Shown here one piece after another: positions 25,396-34,970 of a DNA stretch of 64,000 nt; positions within the stretch are counted from its first letter, which is position 1; the number at the start of each line of letters is the position of its first letter. The DNA is from Phycisphaerae bacterium (GTDB lineage: Bacteria; Planctomycetota; Phycisphaerae; UBA1845). The DNA is taken from NCBI GenBank assembly GCA_035528995.1, contig DATKXO010000110.1, positions 13,885 through 77,884 on the forward strand, read 5' to 3'. A program made the position numbers and the translations under genes. A model generated the notes under the pieces. The model was not told where the DNA came from, ran no database searches, and saw only the letters and a program-made list of their open reading frames with translations.

Positions 25396-26583
25396 ATGAT
25401 GAGATTCGCCTCGGCCGTCAGCGCCAACCCGGACCGCGAACGCGCCGTGGAAGATCTCTTCGGTCAGATCCGCGGGACGCTCGATCCGGCCGACGTCCAT
25501 CTTCTGGTGTTCTTCTGTTCCGCCCATTTCGAGGACGAGTTGGAGAGCATCGTCGAACTGTTGAGGTTATGGTCTCCGTCGGCCATGCTGCTCGGATGCA
25601 CGGCCGAGGGGACTATCGGCGCCGGGCGCGAGTTGCAGCGCGGCTGCTCGATGTCGGCGCTGGCCGGCGTCCTGCCCGGCGTGGACATCCACCCCTTCCG
25701 CCTCACGCAGGAGCAGCTCGAGGCCAAAGACGCAGCCGACGACTGGACCGATCCGTTGGGCGTAGCAGCGGACACCTCGGCCGTGATGGTTGCGCTCGGT
25801 GACCCGTTCAGTTTCGACGTGCTGGAGTTCCTGGAGAAGATCAATGCGGCCCTGCCGGGCGTTCCCGTTGTCGGCGGTATGGCCAGCGCGGCGGAGCAGC
25901 CCGGGCAGACCCGGCTGATCCTCGGTGACCGGGTGCACCGCGAGGGGATGGTCGGCGTCACGCTAACCGGCAACATCACGGTGCGCACGGTCGTCTCTCA
26001 GGGCTGTCGCCCGATCGGCCAGCCGTTCGTCGTCACCAAGGGTGACCGCAACGTTATCCGCGAGCTCGGCGGAAAGCCGCCCGTGGTGCAACTGAACAAG
26101 GTCTTCCAGGACTTGACGCCCAAGGAGGTGGCCCTGGCCAAGCAGGCGCTGTTCGTCGGGCGGGTGATCAACGAGTATCAGGACGCGTTCGCCCGCGGTG
26201 ATTTCCTGATCCAGAACATCGTCGGGCTCGACCCGGAGGGCGGGGCCATTGCCGTGGCCGCTCAGGTCCGGGTGGGGTCCACGGTTCAGTTCCACGTCCG
26301 CGACGCGGAGTGCGCCGACGAGGACCTGCGGACTCTGCTGGGCGGCGTCTCGCCGGGTGTCGCCGAAACGCCGCCCGCGGCGGCCATGCTGTTCGACTGC
26401 AACGGTCGCGGTATCCGCATGTGGCCCCACGAGGGGCACGACGTGGGCATCCTGCGCGAGCTGTGCGGGCCGATTCCGGTGGCCGGCTTCTTCGCCGCGG
26501 GCGAGATCGGACCGGTCGGTGGCAAGAACTTCGTCCACGGTTTCACGGCCAGCATCGCGTTGCTCTCCCCGTCGCAATCGTGA
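25396..26583 (+). CDS. FIST-domain signalling protein (FIST_N + FIST_C)
   Basis: MMRFASAVS...HLLVFFCSAHF at the N-terminus. C-terminal signature VAGFFAAGEIGPVGGKNFVHGFTASIALL. Confidence 0.8.
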   Translation: MMRFASAVSANPDRERAVEDLFGQIRGTLDPADVHLLVFFCSAHFEDELESIVELLRLWSPSAMLLGCTAEGTIGAGRELQRGCSMSALAGVLPGVDIHPFRLTQEQLEAKDAADDWTDPLGVAADTSAVMVALGDPFSFDVLEFLEKINAALPGVPVVGGMASAAEQPGQTRLILGDRVHREGMVGVTLTGNITVRTVVSQGCRPIGQPFVVTKGDRNVIRELGGKPPVVQLNKVFQDLTPKEVALAKQALFVGRVINEYQDAFARGDFLIQNIVGLDPEGGAIAVAAQVRVGSTVQFHVRDAECADEDLRTLLGGVSPGVAETPPAAAMLFDCNGRGIRMWPHEGHDVGILRELCGPIPVAGFFAAGEIGPVGGKNFVHGFTASIALLSPSQS

Positions 26584-26657
26584 CGCGGTTCGGAGTCAGC
26601 AGCGCATTCCTGCCGTCTAACTCGAAGCGCCTCTGCGCACCAACCTTCCGCGACGGA

Positions 26658-27356
26658 TCACGCGTCTGACTGGAAGTCTTTCTGCATCCGCGCCGACTGC
26701 GCCCATGCCGGGATGCTTGAGCACGCGATCGGGGCGCATGTTACGGCGGGTTCACGTGGAATGCGTCGATCCAGATGTATGTGGCTGATGCGGTCACCTC
26801 GATGCTGCGCACCAGCCGGCCCGACGCCCGGCGCGGCTGTCGGAGCGAGACTCATCGCCGGCTGATTGACCGCCAGAACATTCCCGTCCGGTCCCGGCAC
26901 GGGAGCGGGGTTCATCAGATTGAACCAGTTCCTGGAGACGAAGAGATCACCCGCGGCCTGCCCGGCGGCGGCCTCGCTCGCAACCGCCGTCCCGGCGGCG
27001 CCGACCGCGTTGGCGTCCACGGAGAAGATGATGCGCACCGGTGTCGGCACGAGGAGGCTTGCGTGATCGTTGCTCAGGGCGTCGATCTGAAACCCGATTC
27101 CCCCGCTCGAGATCCACCCGGCCGGCACGTGCACCTGCGGGCCCGGGCCGCCGGTGTCTTCCGCCGAGAGGTTCGGGTCGAGGATGTCATCGGTGCCCTG
27201 GCCTCCGTTCAAGATCGTTCCGGACCCCGGCGTCAGGGCGAAGAGGGGTTCGTTGACGGGCTCCAGAGCCTGGGCCGAGGACAGAATCAGACCCGCCATC
27301 ACGGCCATCAACAGCAGGGGCGTTCCACGGGATTGACGTCGTCCCTTCCATGGCAT
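26658..27356 (-). CDS. Secreted hypothetical protein; the 3' end is doubtful
   Basis: Strong SD GGAGGAGGA 4-5 nt before the ATG at 27356. Signal RRQSRGTPLLLMAVMAGLILSSAQA. The last 45 or so codons (HRGDRISHIHLDRRIPREPAV...) look non-protein-like. A different frame ends more plausibly with LVRSIEVTASATYIWIDAFHVNPP (stop 26741-26743). Confidence 0.55.
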   Translation of the reverse strand: MPWKGRRQSRGTPLLLMAVMAGLILSSAQALEPVNEPLFALTPGSGTILNGGQGTDDILDPNLSAEDTGGPGPQVHVPAGWISSGGIGFQIDALSNDHASLLVPTPVRIIFSVDANAVGAAGTAVASEAAAGQAAGDLFVSRNWFNLMNPAPVPGPDGNVLAVNQPAMSLAPTAAPGVGPAGAQHRGDRISHIHLDRRIPREPAVTCAPIACSSIPAWAQSARMQKDFQSDA

Positions 27357-27479
27357 TCGTCCTCCTCCGGCGTTCCTTCGATTCTGCGAAATATGATGGC
27401 CGTGCCAGTTCGTAGTCGCCATGGTCAAGCCTCCTGTCAATGTCCGGCTGAGGGCCCGCTTGAGGAAATCTGCCTGTCA

Positions 27480-27622
27480 GGCTTTATGTTTTACAAAAAT
27501 GTAGCGATTCTACTGTAGCATAGCGATTGAAAACGAAACTGTGACGCCATAACGCGCAAAACCGGGCCGTAGCCCTATAACCTATTATCCCTCAGTAAAT
27601 TACTGAAACAGAACCGGTTCAG
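27480..27622. promoter_or_regulatory. AT-rich intergenic island with direct repeats and a 10-bp palindrome. Likely promoter/UP region for 26658-27356.
   Basis: My hand count is 50 G+C in the 120 nt from 27481 to 27600. Repeats GTAGCGATT / ATAGCGATT. Palindrome GAACCGGTTC at 27611-27620. Confidence 0.4.
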
Positions 27623-27698
27623 GTCGGGGGCAGGGCCGACCGACCGCCACGCGAGGTCGGGCTGGTGGCATCGGCCACTGATGGGGCAGGCAGCGAGG

Positions 27699-29999
27699 CT
27701 ACGGACTGGCTACGCCGTACTCGATGGTGAACTCGCTGAAGTCCGAGACATCGACGTCGTCGTCCAGATCGAAGTCCCAGGGCTCGCAGCCGGGGTCGAT
27801 CGGGCCGGCATCGGGGCCGGTGACGCAGCCCGGCCAATCGTCGAAGTTCGGAATCACCGGTAGGGCCGCCCGCCAGGTACCCCGGCCGTAGGTCGCGGCC
27901 GTGATGGTCCCCTCGACGAGATCGACGGCCAGATCGCCGATGTTCACGTTGGGCAGGTCCAGCCCGTCCTTGATCCAAGTCGCGCCGCCGTCGGCAGAGG
28001 AATACACGCCTACGCCGGAACCGGCGTACAAGTGCGGCGGGTCGAACCGCCAGTCCACCGCAAGCGCCCGAGCCGAGATGCCCGAAGGCAGGTCGCCCGT
28101 CACGTCGGACCAACTCACGCCGTAGTTCTCGGTGCGCAGGACGCGGGCGCCCGCCGTGTTGTGGGAGGCTACGTAGGCGACGGCCGGGTCGACTGGATCG
28201 ATCATGATGTCGCTGACCTGTCCGCTGGGCAGGCCGGTGGAGCGATCGTTCCAGGTCGAAGCGTCGGTGGTGACGTACACGCTGCCGGTCGAGCTGCCGG
28301 TGTAGATGGTGTCGGAGGCTCCCTCGGCCACGGCGATGGCGTTGAGCGTGCCGCCGCCGGCGACGGTCGAGGTGCTGATGGCCGACCAGCTCGCGCTGGT
28401 GTGGGCGTTGTTTGTTCGCCAGACGCGGTTGGTGCCGCCCAACAGGGTGTAGCGGTCGTTGGGGTCCATCACCAACGGGGCGATGAAGTTGACCGGATCG
28501 TCATCGCTGCCCCACGGGCCGCTGATGTTCGAGGAGCTGGTGCCCACGAATCGGTAGACGCTCAGATACACGTAGGTGACGTATCGCCGCGTGGGATAGA
28601 GGAAGTCGTAGGCCAGGAAGCCCCCGTCGCCGCCGAGGATCTGGGGCCACTGCAGGACGTCGGCGTCCCGTCCGATGGTGCCGTTGTCCTGCGTTCCGGT
28701 CATCATCTGCACCGGGTCCGAGGGGTGCAGTGCGATGGCGTAGTTCTGGGTGACGTTGAGCGTGTCGTTGCAGTTGACCCAACTGTCGCCGCCGTTGTTG
28801 CTCTTCCAGACGCCGCCGTCGTTGCCGATCCAGATGGTGCCGTCAGGCCCGAAGGCGATGGCGTGCTGGTCGGGGTGCAACTGTTCGCCGAACGTGCCGT
28901 AGGTGATGTCCGTCCAGTTGGTCCCGCCGTTGGTGGACTTGATGACGCCGGCCACCGCGTACGACGGGAACACGCCGCCACAGTAGACGGTGTCTTCATC
29001 CGTCGGATCGACCCCGACGAATGCGTCGTACCAGCCTTGCGGGTAGGGGAAGTCGGGCGTGTTGACCATTTGGGTCCACGAGTCGCCGCCGTCGTCGCTC
29101 CGGTAGAATCCCAGCAGGCCGCTGCTGGAGTTGATGAACGCGGTGTACACGCGATCCGGGTTCGAGGGTGCCAAGGCCACCAGCACGCGCCGGATGCCGG
29201 TGGTGGGCAGCCCGTTGGTCAGCCTGGTGAAGCTGGTTCCACCGTTGGTGGAGCGGTACACGCCGTCGCTGTGGCGACCCATAAACACGATCTGCGGATC
29301 TACGGGATTCAGGGCCAGCGCGGAAGCGGAACCACCCAGGAAGCCGCCGTTGGTCCAGGAGGCGCCGCCGTTGGTGGTTCGCCGATAACCGGAGCCGCCG
29401 GTGACGTGGACGGTGAGCGGATCGGTGGGATGGACGGCCACGCTGGCGCACGTCGAGCCGACCTGTGCCTTTGTGGCGAACCGCGTCCAGGTCGCCCCGC
29501 CGTCCGGCGAGCGGAAGAGGCCGTCGCCGGTTGAGCCGGTGGTGTACTCGCCTGTGCCCGCGTAAACGACCTGGGGGTCGGACGGGTCCAGGGCCAGGGC
29601 TCCGTGGTTGAGGTTGGCCAGCTCGTCGGTCAGCGTGGTCCACAGTGCCCCGCCGTCGGTGGTTTTCCAGATGCCGCCGGAGGCCGCCCCGATGTAGACC
29701 GTGTCCGGGTCGGTGGGGTGCGGGGCCAGGGCCACCACGCGCCCGCTGGCGTCGTCGTTGCCGCTCCAGTATTCGTCGGTGATGGGTTTGGGGCCGACCG
29801 AGTACCAGGACAGCGGGCTGCTGCTGCGCAGGCCGGGCAGCATGTCCGACGGCTTCCAGTTGGGGACCGCTTCACCGCGAATCTTGATGTAGCCCGGCGG
29901 TGGGGGACCGTAGCTGGTCTTCTGGCGCACCGGTGCGGTTTGACAACCGAGGATGAGCGCCAATCCCACCAGCGCCACGAGGCAGATGAACCGTCTCAT
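27699..29999 (-). CDS. BNR/Asp-box repeat beta-propeller lipoprotein with a C-terminal dockerin-like tail
   Basis: Start MRRFICLVALVGLALILGC (lipobox) at 29999 with an AGGAAA SD. At least 8 Asp-boxes are present (KTTDGGALW, RSPDGGATW, RTTNGGASW, RSTNGGTSF, RSDDGGDSW, KSTNGGTNW, KSNNGGDSW, SSADGGATW). The tail reads WDFDLDDDVDVSDFSEFTIEY. Confidence 0.85.
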   Translation of the reverse strand: MRRFICLVALVGLALILGCQTAPVRQKTSYGPPPPGYIKIRGEAVPNWKPSDMLPGLRSSSPLSWYSVGPKPITDEYWSGNDDASGRVVALAPHPTDPDTVYIGAASGGIWKTTDGGALWTTLTDELANLNHGALALDPSDPQVVYAGTGEYTTGSTGDGLFRSPDGGATWTRFATKAQVGSTCASVAVHPTDPLTVHVTGGSGYRRTTNGGASWTNGGFLGGSASALALNPVDPQIVFMGRHSDGVYRSTNGGTSFTRLTNGLPTTGIRRVLVALAPSNPDRVYTAFINSSSGLLGFYRSDDGGDSWTQMVNTPDFPYPQGWYDAFVGVDPTDEDTVYCGGVFPSYAVAGVIKSTNGGTNWTDITYGTFGEQLHPDQHAIAFGPDGTIWIGNDGGVWKSNNGGDSWVNCNDTLNVTQNYAIALHPSDPVQMMTGTQDNGTIGRDADVLQWPQILGGDGGFLAYDFLYPTRRYVTYVYLSVYRFVGTSSSNISGPWGSDDDPVNFIAPLVMDPNDRYTLLGGTNRVWRTNNAHTSASWSAISTSTVAGGGTLNAIAVAEGASDTIYTGSSTGSVYVTTDASTWNDRSTGLPSGQVSDIMIDPVDPAVAYVASHNTAGARVLRTENYGVSWSDVTGDLPSGISARALAVDWRFDPPHLYAGSGVGVYSSADGGATWIKDGLDLPNVNIGDLAVDLVEGTITAATYGRGTWRAALPVIPNFDDWPGCVTGPDAGPIDPGCEPWDFDLDDDVDVSDFSEFTIEYGVASP

Positions 30000-30385
30000 T
30001 GTCTTGTTTCCTGTGAGGTTTATCGGGCGTGTCATCCGGCGCCACGGCGCACTTGCACCGGTCACCGTCCGCTTCCTCCCGTCCAGAGGCTCGCCCTCAT
30101 TGTTATACTAGCTGTCCCCCGGGTCGGCGTCCCGGTGCCGACCGTACTTCGTGTGGCAGTCCGGAGAAACCGGCTCAGCCAGCCGGGCCTGCACCGCTTG
30201 ATATACCTTCCGCCGTCGCTTCACCCTCTGAACAGGATAACAGAACCGGCGTTCCGATTGAAGGCACTGGGCGCTGCGCAAGAGCGATTCTGGGCCAGGA
30301 ATGCGGCGCCTGGCGATTGTAACGGGCGGTCCAAACCGCCGAGCGATCGCCGGCTTCGTCGTCGTGATCAGAGGGGCCTGACCGT

Positions 30386-31993
30386 CTACACGGGGGCCAG
30401 AACTGGTTCTTCCACAAGGCATTCCTGCGTGCGTCGGATGGCGTCGAACTGGTCGGCACAGCGCAGAAAGGCCTCCGCGACGTCCGGATCGAAGTGCTTG
30501 CCGGACTCGGCGCGGACGATGTCCACGGCCGTTTCGTGCGACCGGGGTTCCGAGTACCGACGCCGCGAGGTAATGGCGTCGTAGGCGTCCACCAGGGCGA
30601 TGATCCGGGCCGCCAGGGGGATCTCCTCTCCGCGGATTCCGCGGGGGTAGCCCGAGCCGTCGTGTTTTTCGTGGTGGCAGTAGGCGATGTCGATGCAGAG
30701 GTTCAGCAGCGGGACCGGGCCGGTGTTGGCCAGGGCGAACTCGAGCGTCTGCCGGCCGATCTCCGTGTGGGTCTGCATGACCCGGAATTCCTCCCGGCTC
30801 AGCGCTCCGGGCTTGGTCAGGATGTCGTCGGGAATGCCGACCTTGCCGATGTCGTGCAGCGGAGCCGCCTGGTGGATGCCGTCGATGAAGTCGAGCGTGA
30901 TGCAGTCGGCGTACCGCGGCGTGTTTCGTAGTTCCGCGGTCAGTAGGCGCGTGTACTTGGCCACACGCTCGAGGTGGTCGGCGGTCTCCTCGTCGCGGTA
31001 TTCGGCCAATCGCCCTACGGTCAGCAGCAGCACCTTGATCGAGTCGCGCAGTTGGCGTCGCTGTTGCAGGTTGCGCAGGGCGATGGCGGCCGAGTCCGCC
31101 ACCGACCGAATGCAGTCGATCTCCTCCTGCCCGAACTGCTGGCCGTCCTCCCGCTCGGTGACGTTGAGCACGCCCAGCGTTTCCTCGTGGGCGGCCAACG
31201 AGGTGGAGATGAGAGGTGTGCTCAGGAACGTGTCCGTGACGTAGCGTTTCCGGGATTCCTCCTCCGCGTTGTCGCCGTAGGCGCGAGCGACAAACGTCTT
31301 GCCGCTGGTGAAGACCTGCCCGGCGATCCCGTCCATGGCCTTGACCCGGATCCGGCCGACGATCTCCGGGTCGATGCCCACGGCCCGGACGCAACGCAAA
31401 TGGGTTCCGTCGTTGTTCTTGAGCATCAGCGAGATGCGCCCGCTGCCGGTGAGCTGCCGCACCGTGTCTACGACAAGTTGATGTACCGCCTTCTCCTCGG
31501 TGATACGGTTCAGCGCTTGGGCGTAGTTGTAGAGCAGTTCGAGCTGGCGGGTCTTGCTGGCCACCTGATGGGTGAGTTTGTCGTTGGCCTCGTCCAGGGC
31601 CCGGCGGGTGTTGCCCAGCCGCATCATGGTGCGGATTCTGGCCAGCAGCTCACTCACGTCGAAGGGCTTGCGCACGTACTCCGAGGCGCCCGCCTCCAAT
31701 CCGACGACCACGTCTTGGGTGCGCGATTTGCCGGTGAGCATGATGACCGGGATGTTTTCGGTGGAGGGCTCGTTCTTCAGCAGCCGGGTGGCCTCCAGCC
31801 CGTCCATCACCGGCATCGAGACATCCATGACGATGACGTCGGGCTGGTGCCGCCTGGCGAGTTCCAGCCCGTCCCGCCCGTTGTCGGCCTCGAGCACTTC
31901 GTACCCGTTGGTCCGAAGATGCGCAGCCAGGATGAAGGTGAGCTTCTTGTCGTCGTCTACGAGCAGGACTGTGCCGAGCGAGGGAGTCGTCAC
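30386..31993 (-). CDS. Response regulator with REC, GAF and HD-GYP domains (c-di-GMP phosphodiesterase type)
   Basis: REC VLLVDDD...DVIVMDVSMPVMDG...MLTGK. HD-GYP APLHDIGKVGIPDDIL and HHEKHDGSGYPRG. The GTG start at 31993 has GAGGA 7 nt upstream. Confidence 0.85.
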   Translation of the reverse strand: MTTPSLGTVLLVDDDKKLTFILAAHLRTNGYEVLEADNGRDGLELARRHQPDVIVMDVSMPVMDGLEATRLLKNEPSTENIPVIMLTGKSRTQDVVVGLEAGASEYVRKPFDVSELLARIRTMMRLGNTRRALDEANDKLTHQVASKTRQLELLYNYAQALNRITEEKAVHQLVVDTVRQLTGSGRISLMLKNNDGTHLRCVRAVGIDPEIVGRIRVKAMDGIAGQVFTSGKTFVARAYGDNAEEESRKRYVTDTFLSTPLISTSLAAHEETLGVLNVTEREDGQQFGQEEIDCIRSVADSAAIALRNLQQRRQLRDSIKVLLLTVGRLAEYRDEETADHLERVAKYTRLLTAELRNTPRYADCITLDFIDGIHQAAPLHDIGKVGIPDDILTKPGALSREEFRVMQTHTEIGRQTLEFALANTGPVPLLNLCIDIAYCHHEKHDGSGYPRGIRGEEIPLAARIIALVDAYDAITSRRRYSEPRSHETAVDIVRAESGKHFDPDVAEAFLRCADQFDAIRRTQECLVEEPVLAPV

Positions 31994-32324
31994 GCCAGCA
32001 TCCTCGTGTCTGGTACGGTGGGGCAGGCCCCATTCGCCGAGTCGTCGGCAGCCTCGCCGGCGTCCCTGCCCGCGCGGGCGGGTGGACCGGTCCGCGGCTA
32101 CGTACGGCAAGAGGGGGGCGCCCTTCTACAACATGATCGACGTGTTGTTGCGAAGACCTTTGTTGCCTTCTCCAGCCCCGTGGCGGTCGTGTCGTCACGC
32201 CGGCGGGTCCAATAATGGGGCGACCACGCCCCAGCCGACACAATTCGACAGTGCGCCCGGTCCGCGTCCCTTTGCTCGCGATCACGATCCGTCCGACCAG
32301 TCGTCTCGCCGGTGTGCGCCCAGG

Positions 32325-32352
32325 TTGACAGTCTGTGCGCGGCCGATAAACT
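32325..32352 (+). promoter_or_regulatory. Sigma70-like promoter (TTGACA-16 nt-TAAACT) for the GT4 gene
   Basis: Exact -35 at 32325-32330, -10 TAAACT at 32347-32352, about 170-nt leader. Confidence 0.45.
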
Positions 32353-32527
32353 GCGTCCGCCTTCGGTCGCTCACGTCGGGCTGTCTCGCGGGGACGAGAA
32401 TGAAGTCCTCACTCCTTCTTGGCGGTGTGTTCATCGGCTCAACGCCTCGGCCTGCCCGGGCGGCGGCGGTCTCGAGTCGAACGTGTCGCAGGAAACCCTG
32501 GCAGGGTCGCTCGCCCGTCGTGCCGCC

Positions 32528-33844
32528 ATGAGAGTACTGATGCTGGGCTGGGAGTTCCCTCCGTACATCTCCGGCGGGTTGGGCACCGCCTGCTACGGGC
32601 TCACCCGGGCAATGAGCCGGCTGGGAATGGAGATTCTCTTTGTGCTGCCCCGCGCCGTCCCCGCGGAGCAGACCTCTCACGTCCGCTTGTTGTCTTCGGT
32701 CCAGCGGACTTCCGCCCCGGCGCCGGCCGGCCCGTCGGTCGGCCGGGCGGAGATGGAGGACCTGCCTACCGTCCGGTTCTACACGGTGGCCGCGGCCCTG
32801 CGGCCCTACGACAGGCCGGGCTCGACCGCGGAATCGGCGCGGTCACCCGGGGCCCGGGCCGACGAAACCGGGCCGGCCAGCCGCCTGGCCCTGGAGAAGG
32901 GGGCGCCGGAACCGGGGCACTACGCCGGCGATCTGTTCGGCGAGGTCGAGCGCTACGCCCGCCTGGCCTGCCAGGTCGCCGCGGGTGAGACGTTCGACGT
33001 GATCCATGCCCACGATTGGATGACCTACCCGGCGGGAGCGGCCGTCGCCAGGCAGTCGGGCAAGCCGTTGGTCGTGCACGTTCACTCGACCGAGTTCGAC
33101 CGCAGTGGTTTGCAGGTCAACCAGCGGGTCTACGACGTCGAGCGCCGAGGCATGCAGGCTGCCGACGCGATCGTGACGGTCAGCCGGCTGACGCGCAACA
33201 TCGTGACCCGTCGTTACGGCGTGTCGCCCGACAAAGTCCAGGTGGTTTATAACGGCATCGAGTTCCAGCATCGCCCGTCACCCCTGCGGCTTTCGCCGGC
33301 CCAGAAGCGGCACAAGATCGTGCTGTTCCTGGGGCGGGTGACCATGCAGAAGGGGCCCGAATTCTTCATCGCCGCCGCTCGGCGGGTCGCGGAGGTCATG
33401 GACGACGCCCGCTTCATCGTGGCCGGCTCCGGCGACAGACTGCGCGGCATCATGGACATGACCGAGCGCCTGGGTCTGGCCGACCGCGTGCTGTTCACCG
33501 GCTTCCTGCGCGGACCGGCCGTGCAACGCGTCTATCGGATGGCCGATGTGTACGTCATGCCCAGCGTCTCGGAGCCCTTCGGCATCACACCGCTGGAGGC
33601 CATCAGCCACGGCGTGCCCGCGATCATCTCCAAGCAGTCCGGGGTCGCGGAGATCCTCGACTGCGTGCTCAAGGTGGACTTCTGGGACACCGAGGAGTTG
33701 GCCCGCATGATCATCGCCGTCCTGCAGCACCCGGAGCTGCACGCCCGGTTGCGGGACAGCGGCCGACGGGACCTGCAAAAGCTCTCCTGGGAGCCGGCGG
33801 CCCGGCGGTGCCTGGAGGTTTACCGGAAGGTCATCCGCCGGTGA
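32528..33844 (+). CDS. Family 4 glycosyltransferase (glycogen-synthase-like GT-B)
   Basis: MRVLMLGWEFPPYISGGLGTACYGL at the N-terminus. C-terminal E-x7-E region MPSVSEPFGITPLEAISHGVPAI. The upstream part of the track ORF (from 32312) is non-coding-like. Confidence 0.8.
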   Translation: MRVLMLGWEFPPYISGGLGTACYGLTRAMSRLGMEILFVLPRAVPAEQTSHVRLLSSVQRTSAPAPAGPSVGRAEMEDLPTVRFYTVAAALRPYDRPGSTAESARSPGARADETGPASRLALEKGAPEPGHYAGDLFGEVERYARLACQVAAGETFDVIHAHDWMTYPAGAAVARQSGKPLVVHVHSTEFDRSGLQVNQRVYDVERRGMQAADAIVTVSRLTRNIVTRRYGVSPDKVQVVYNGIEFQHRPSPLRLSPAQKRHKIVLFLGRVTMQKGPEFFIAAARRVAEVMDDARFIVAGSGDRLRGIMDMTERLGLADRVLFTGFLRGPAVQRVYRMADVYVMPSVSEPFGITPLEAISHGVPAIISKQSGVAEILDCVLKVDFWDTEELARMIIAVLQHPELHARLRDSGRRDLQKLSWEPAARRCLEVYRKVIRR

Positions 33845-34970
33845 CGGCCAGGGGCTGCGATGGGTCCATCGGCACGAATCGCCCGCAGCGCTTCAGCAGA
33901 CGCTCCCAGTTCTCGTGGTAGATCTTTCGCAGCACGTCCTGCGGCAGGGCCAGTCCCTTGAAGTGGTGGACCTTGCCGTCGCGGTCGGTGAAGTCGTATC
34001 GGTCCAGCTCGAGGCTGGCCCGATAGGACAGCCAGAAATCGGTCAGGGCTTCGGCCGATTTGCCGGCGAACTCGGTGATGACCACGTCCGTGCCGAACAG
34101 GACGCGGTCCTGGTACTTGATGATGAAGTCACGGAAGGCGTCGGGGTTCTTGTCGTAGCGACCCAGCCCGTCCAGCGAGTACCACCAGCCGAACGATTGG
34201 TCGGTCAACAGGTTGGGGTACTCGGTCAGCAGCTCGTCCAGCTTGGACAGCAGCCCGCTCCACAGGCCGAAGTGCGGCACGATGATCGGCAGGTCGGGGT
34301 AACGCTCGAACACCCGCCGGGCCTCATCGGGGAACTTGCGCATGTTGACGTGCAGGCAGACGGGTATGCGGTGAACCTCACAGTACTCGTACAGGGGCAG
34401 CAGCTTGGGGTCGTCCAGCGGGCAGACGTGGAACGGTCGCCCGTCGCCCGTCACTGCCCCGTGCCCCGCGTACAGCTTGACGCCCGTCGCCCCCTGGGCC
34501 ACGTAGTCTTCCAGCTTGCGGGTGATGCCCTCTTCATCAGGATCGAAGGTGACGAAGGCGTAGTATCTCCCGGGGTTCTCCCGGGCCAGCCGGCAGAGGT
34601 ACTCGTTGTTCTCGTGGTGCTCTTCGAAGCCCGTGCCCTTCTGCAGCGTGAAGGTCCAGCGCGGACTGGCCACCAGTGCCGTGGCCGCGACGCCCGCGCG
34701 TCGGTCGGCCTCCGCCATCTTTGCCAGCGGGTTCGCACCGCCCCGCAGGTGTTCGTGCGTGTTGACGATCCGGGGGTCGGGCATCAGCCGCGACAGCACA
34801 CCAGCCTGGGCGTCGGGGAGGGTCTGATGGATCGCCTGTCGTTCGTCCGTCCGGTTGCCCTGGTCTTCGGGTCGGCGGTCGTGCTGCCGACAGCCGATCA
34901 GGCCGATGGCAGCCAGCAGCAGGAAGACTCCTCGAAGGGTCCGGTGGGACGGCGTACTCGGCATGTTCAT
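33831..34970 (-). CDS. Amidohydrolase-family (TIM-barrel metal hydrolase, PF04909-like) lipoprotein
   Basis: Start MNMPSTPSHRTLRGVFLLLAAIGLIGC with GGAGG 4 nt upstream. Metal motif VNTHEHL, then VKLYAGHG, VCLHVNM, PHFG. The 3' end overlaps the convergent GT4 gene by 14 nt. Confidence 0.75.
   Translation of the reverse strand: MNMPSTPSHRTLRGVFLLLAAIGLIGCRQHDRRPEDQGNRTDERQAIHQTLPDAQAGVLSRLMPDPRIVNTHEHLRGGANPLAKMAEADRRAGVAATALVASPRWTFTLQKGTGFEEHHENNEYLCRLARENPGRYYAFVTFDPDEEGITRKLEDYVAQGATGVKLYAGHGAVTGDGRPFHVCPLDDPKLLPLYEYCEVHRIPVCLHVNMRKFPDEARRVFERYPDLPIIVPHFGLWSGLLSKLDELLTEYPNLLTDQSFGWWYSLDGLGRYDKNPDAFRDFIIKYQDRVLFGTDVVITEFAGKSAEALTDFWLSYRASLELDRYDFTDRDGKVHHFKGLALPQDVLRKIYHENWERLLKRCGRFVPMDPSQPLAVTGG

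Noticed and set aside
27480-27622. The AT-rich island as a replication origin
   Set aside because: There is only one partial DnaA-box-like TTATCC. There is no cluster of boxes, no adjacent dnaA/dnaN, and it is too short.
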